A stretch of 46,513 nt of DNA, from the IMG/VR virus record IMGVR_UViG_2718218361_000005; one strand, written 5' to 3'. A program made the translations under genes and the position numbers. The DNA comes from a virus (lineage: Duplodnaviria > Heunggongvirae > Uroviricota > Caudoviricetes). This document shows, piece by piece, positions 45,495 to 46,513 of the stretch. Position 1 is the stretch's first letter; every line of letters starts with the position of its first letter. Below the pieces are notes generated by a model. The model saw only the letters and a program-made list of their open reading frames with translations, searched no databases and was not told where the DNA came from.

Positions 45495-46513
45495 AAAAGC
45501 TAGGGGATTTACCTGATGTCACTTTTGAAGAGGCCTGCCTAAGATGGCTTGAGGAAAAAGCTGATAAAAAATCTCTCGATTCAGATAAAAGCCGGATTGA
45601 GTTCTGGCTTGAACATTTTGAGGGTATAAGGCTTAAAGATATCTCGGAGGCAAAGATTTACTCTGCTGTAAGCAGAATGCATAACAGAAAGACGAAAGAA
45701 ATATGGAAACAGAAAGTTCAGGCCGCCATCAGGAAAGGTAAAGAACTGCCTGTTTATGAACCAAAGCCAGTATCAACTCAGACAAAGGCAAAGCATCTTG
45801 CCATGATAAAGGCCATTCTCCGTGCTGCAGAACGCGACTGGAAGTGGCTGGAAAAAGCGCCTGTCATCAAGATACCAGCGGTCAGAAACAAGCGAGTCAG
45901 ATGGCTGGAAAAGGAGGAAGCAAAACGCCTTATTGATGAGTGCCCCGAACCACTGAAATCTGTCGTCAAGTTTGCGCTGGCAACTGGTCTGAGAAAGTCG
46001 AACATCATAAATCTGGAATGGCAACAAATCGACATGCAGCGACGAGTTGCCTGGGTGAATCCAGAAGAGAGCAAATCAAACCGCGCCATTGGTGTGGCGC
46101 TGAACGATACCGCCTGTAAAGTATTGCGTGATCAAATAGGCAAGCATCACAAATGGGTGTTTGTACATACCAAGGCGGCTAAGCGAGCAGATGGAACATC
46201 AACGCCTGCGGTCAGGAAGATGCGCATCGACAGCAAGACATCATGGCTATCAGCTTGTCGTCGTGCAGGAATTGAAGATTTCCGTTTCCATGACCTCAGA
46301 CACACCTGGGCAAGCTGGCTGATTCAGTCAGGCGTCCCATTATCAGTGCTTCAGGAAATGGGCGGATGGGAGTCCATAGAAATGGTTCGTAGGTATGCTC
46401 ACCTTGCGCCTAATCATTTGACAGAGCATGCGAGGAAAATAGACGACATTTTTGGTGATAATGTCCCAAATATGTCCCACTCTGGAATTATGGAGGATAT
46501 AAAGAAGGCGTAA
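45350..46513 (+). CDS. int: Tyrosine site-specific integrase (IntD-like, 387 aa), complete; stop codon is the last three bases of the window
   Basis: [42 protein letters not shown]...; catalytic R...HDLRHTWAS...RRYAH(Y) motifs. Confidence 0.9.
   Translation: MSLFRRNEIWYASYSLPGGKRIKESLGTKDKRQAQELHDKRKAELWRVEKLGDLPDVTFEEACLRWLEEKADKKSLDSDKSRIEFWLEHFEGIRLKDISEAKIYSAVSRMHNRKTKEIWKQKVQAAIRKGKELPVYEPKPVSTQTKAKHLAMIKAILRAAERDWKWLEKAPVIKIPAVRNKRVRWLEKEEAKRLIDECPEPLKSVVKFALATGLRKSNIINLEWQQIDMQRRVAWVNPEESKSNRAIGVALNDTACKVLRDQIGKHHKWVFVHTKAAKRADGTSTPAVRKMRIDSKTSWLSACRRAGIEDFRFHDLRHTWASWLIQSGVPLSVLQEMGGWESIEMVRRYAHLAPNHLTEHARKIDDIFGDNVPNMSHSGIMEDIKKA

Overview
This window is almost entirely one lambdoid prophage (about 1.3 to 46.5 kb) lying next to an appY-like AraC regulator gene (1..750, minus strand), i.e. 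the DLP12-type locus of E. coli. All identifications are from reading the sequence and the supplied ORF track against remembered lambda, phage 21, DLP12 and Rac proteins; no database search was run. The prophage is inverted relative to the usual lambda map. From left to right: a tfa remnant and a methyltransferase-like ORF; tfa, stf and lom; a complete lambda-like tail module (J, I, K, L, M, H, G/G-T, V, U, Z); head and packaging genes (FII, FI, E, D, C/Nu3, B, W, A, Nu1); cos; two small accessory genes (YlcI-like, YbcV-like); a phage-21-type lysis cassette (pinholin S, SAR endolysin R, Rz/Rz1); an NmpC-like porin on the opposite strand; Q; nin-type genes (ylcG, rusA, ybcO, ninE, ybcN); an IS2 insertion with a 5-bp target duplication; an accessory cassette (309-aa KilA-N/Bro-like protein, 200-aa Bro-N protein, small hydrophobic ORF) flanked by ~90-bp direct repeats; an AT-rich block (membrane protein plus secreted protein) replacing the 3' end of ren; P and O with ori iterons; a Rac-type immunity region (YdaT-like, Cro/YdaS-like, S24-peptidase CI repressor); gam, bet, exo; a second accessory block (orf60a-like, a 250-aa protein with Tgt/DpdA-like motif order, a 71-aa ORF, a TraR-like zinc finger, a 92-aa ORF); excisionase and a complete tyrosine integrase that ends at the last base of the window. 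No tRNA, rRNA or CRISPR array was seen. The best candidates for something new are the repeat-flanked KilA-N/Bro-N cassette, the Tgt/DpdA-like gene pair, the AT-rich membrane/secreted pair, and the absence of any N-sized ORF between the leftward operators and gam. All four are hypotheses that need homology or structure searches and experiments.
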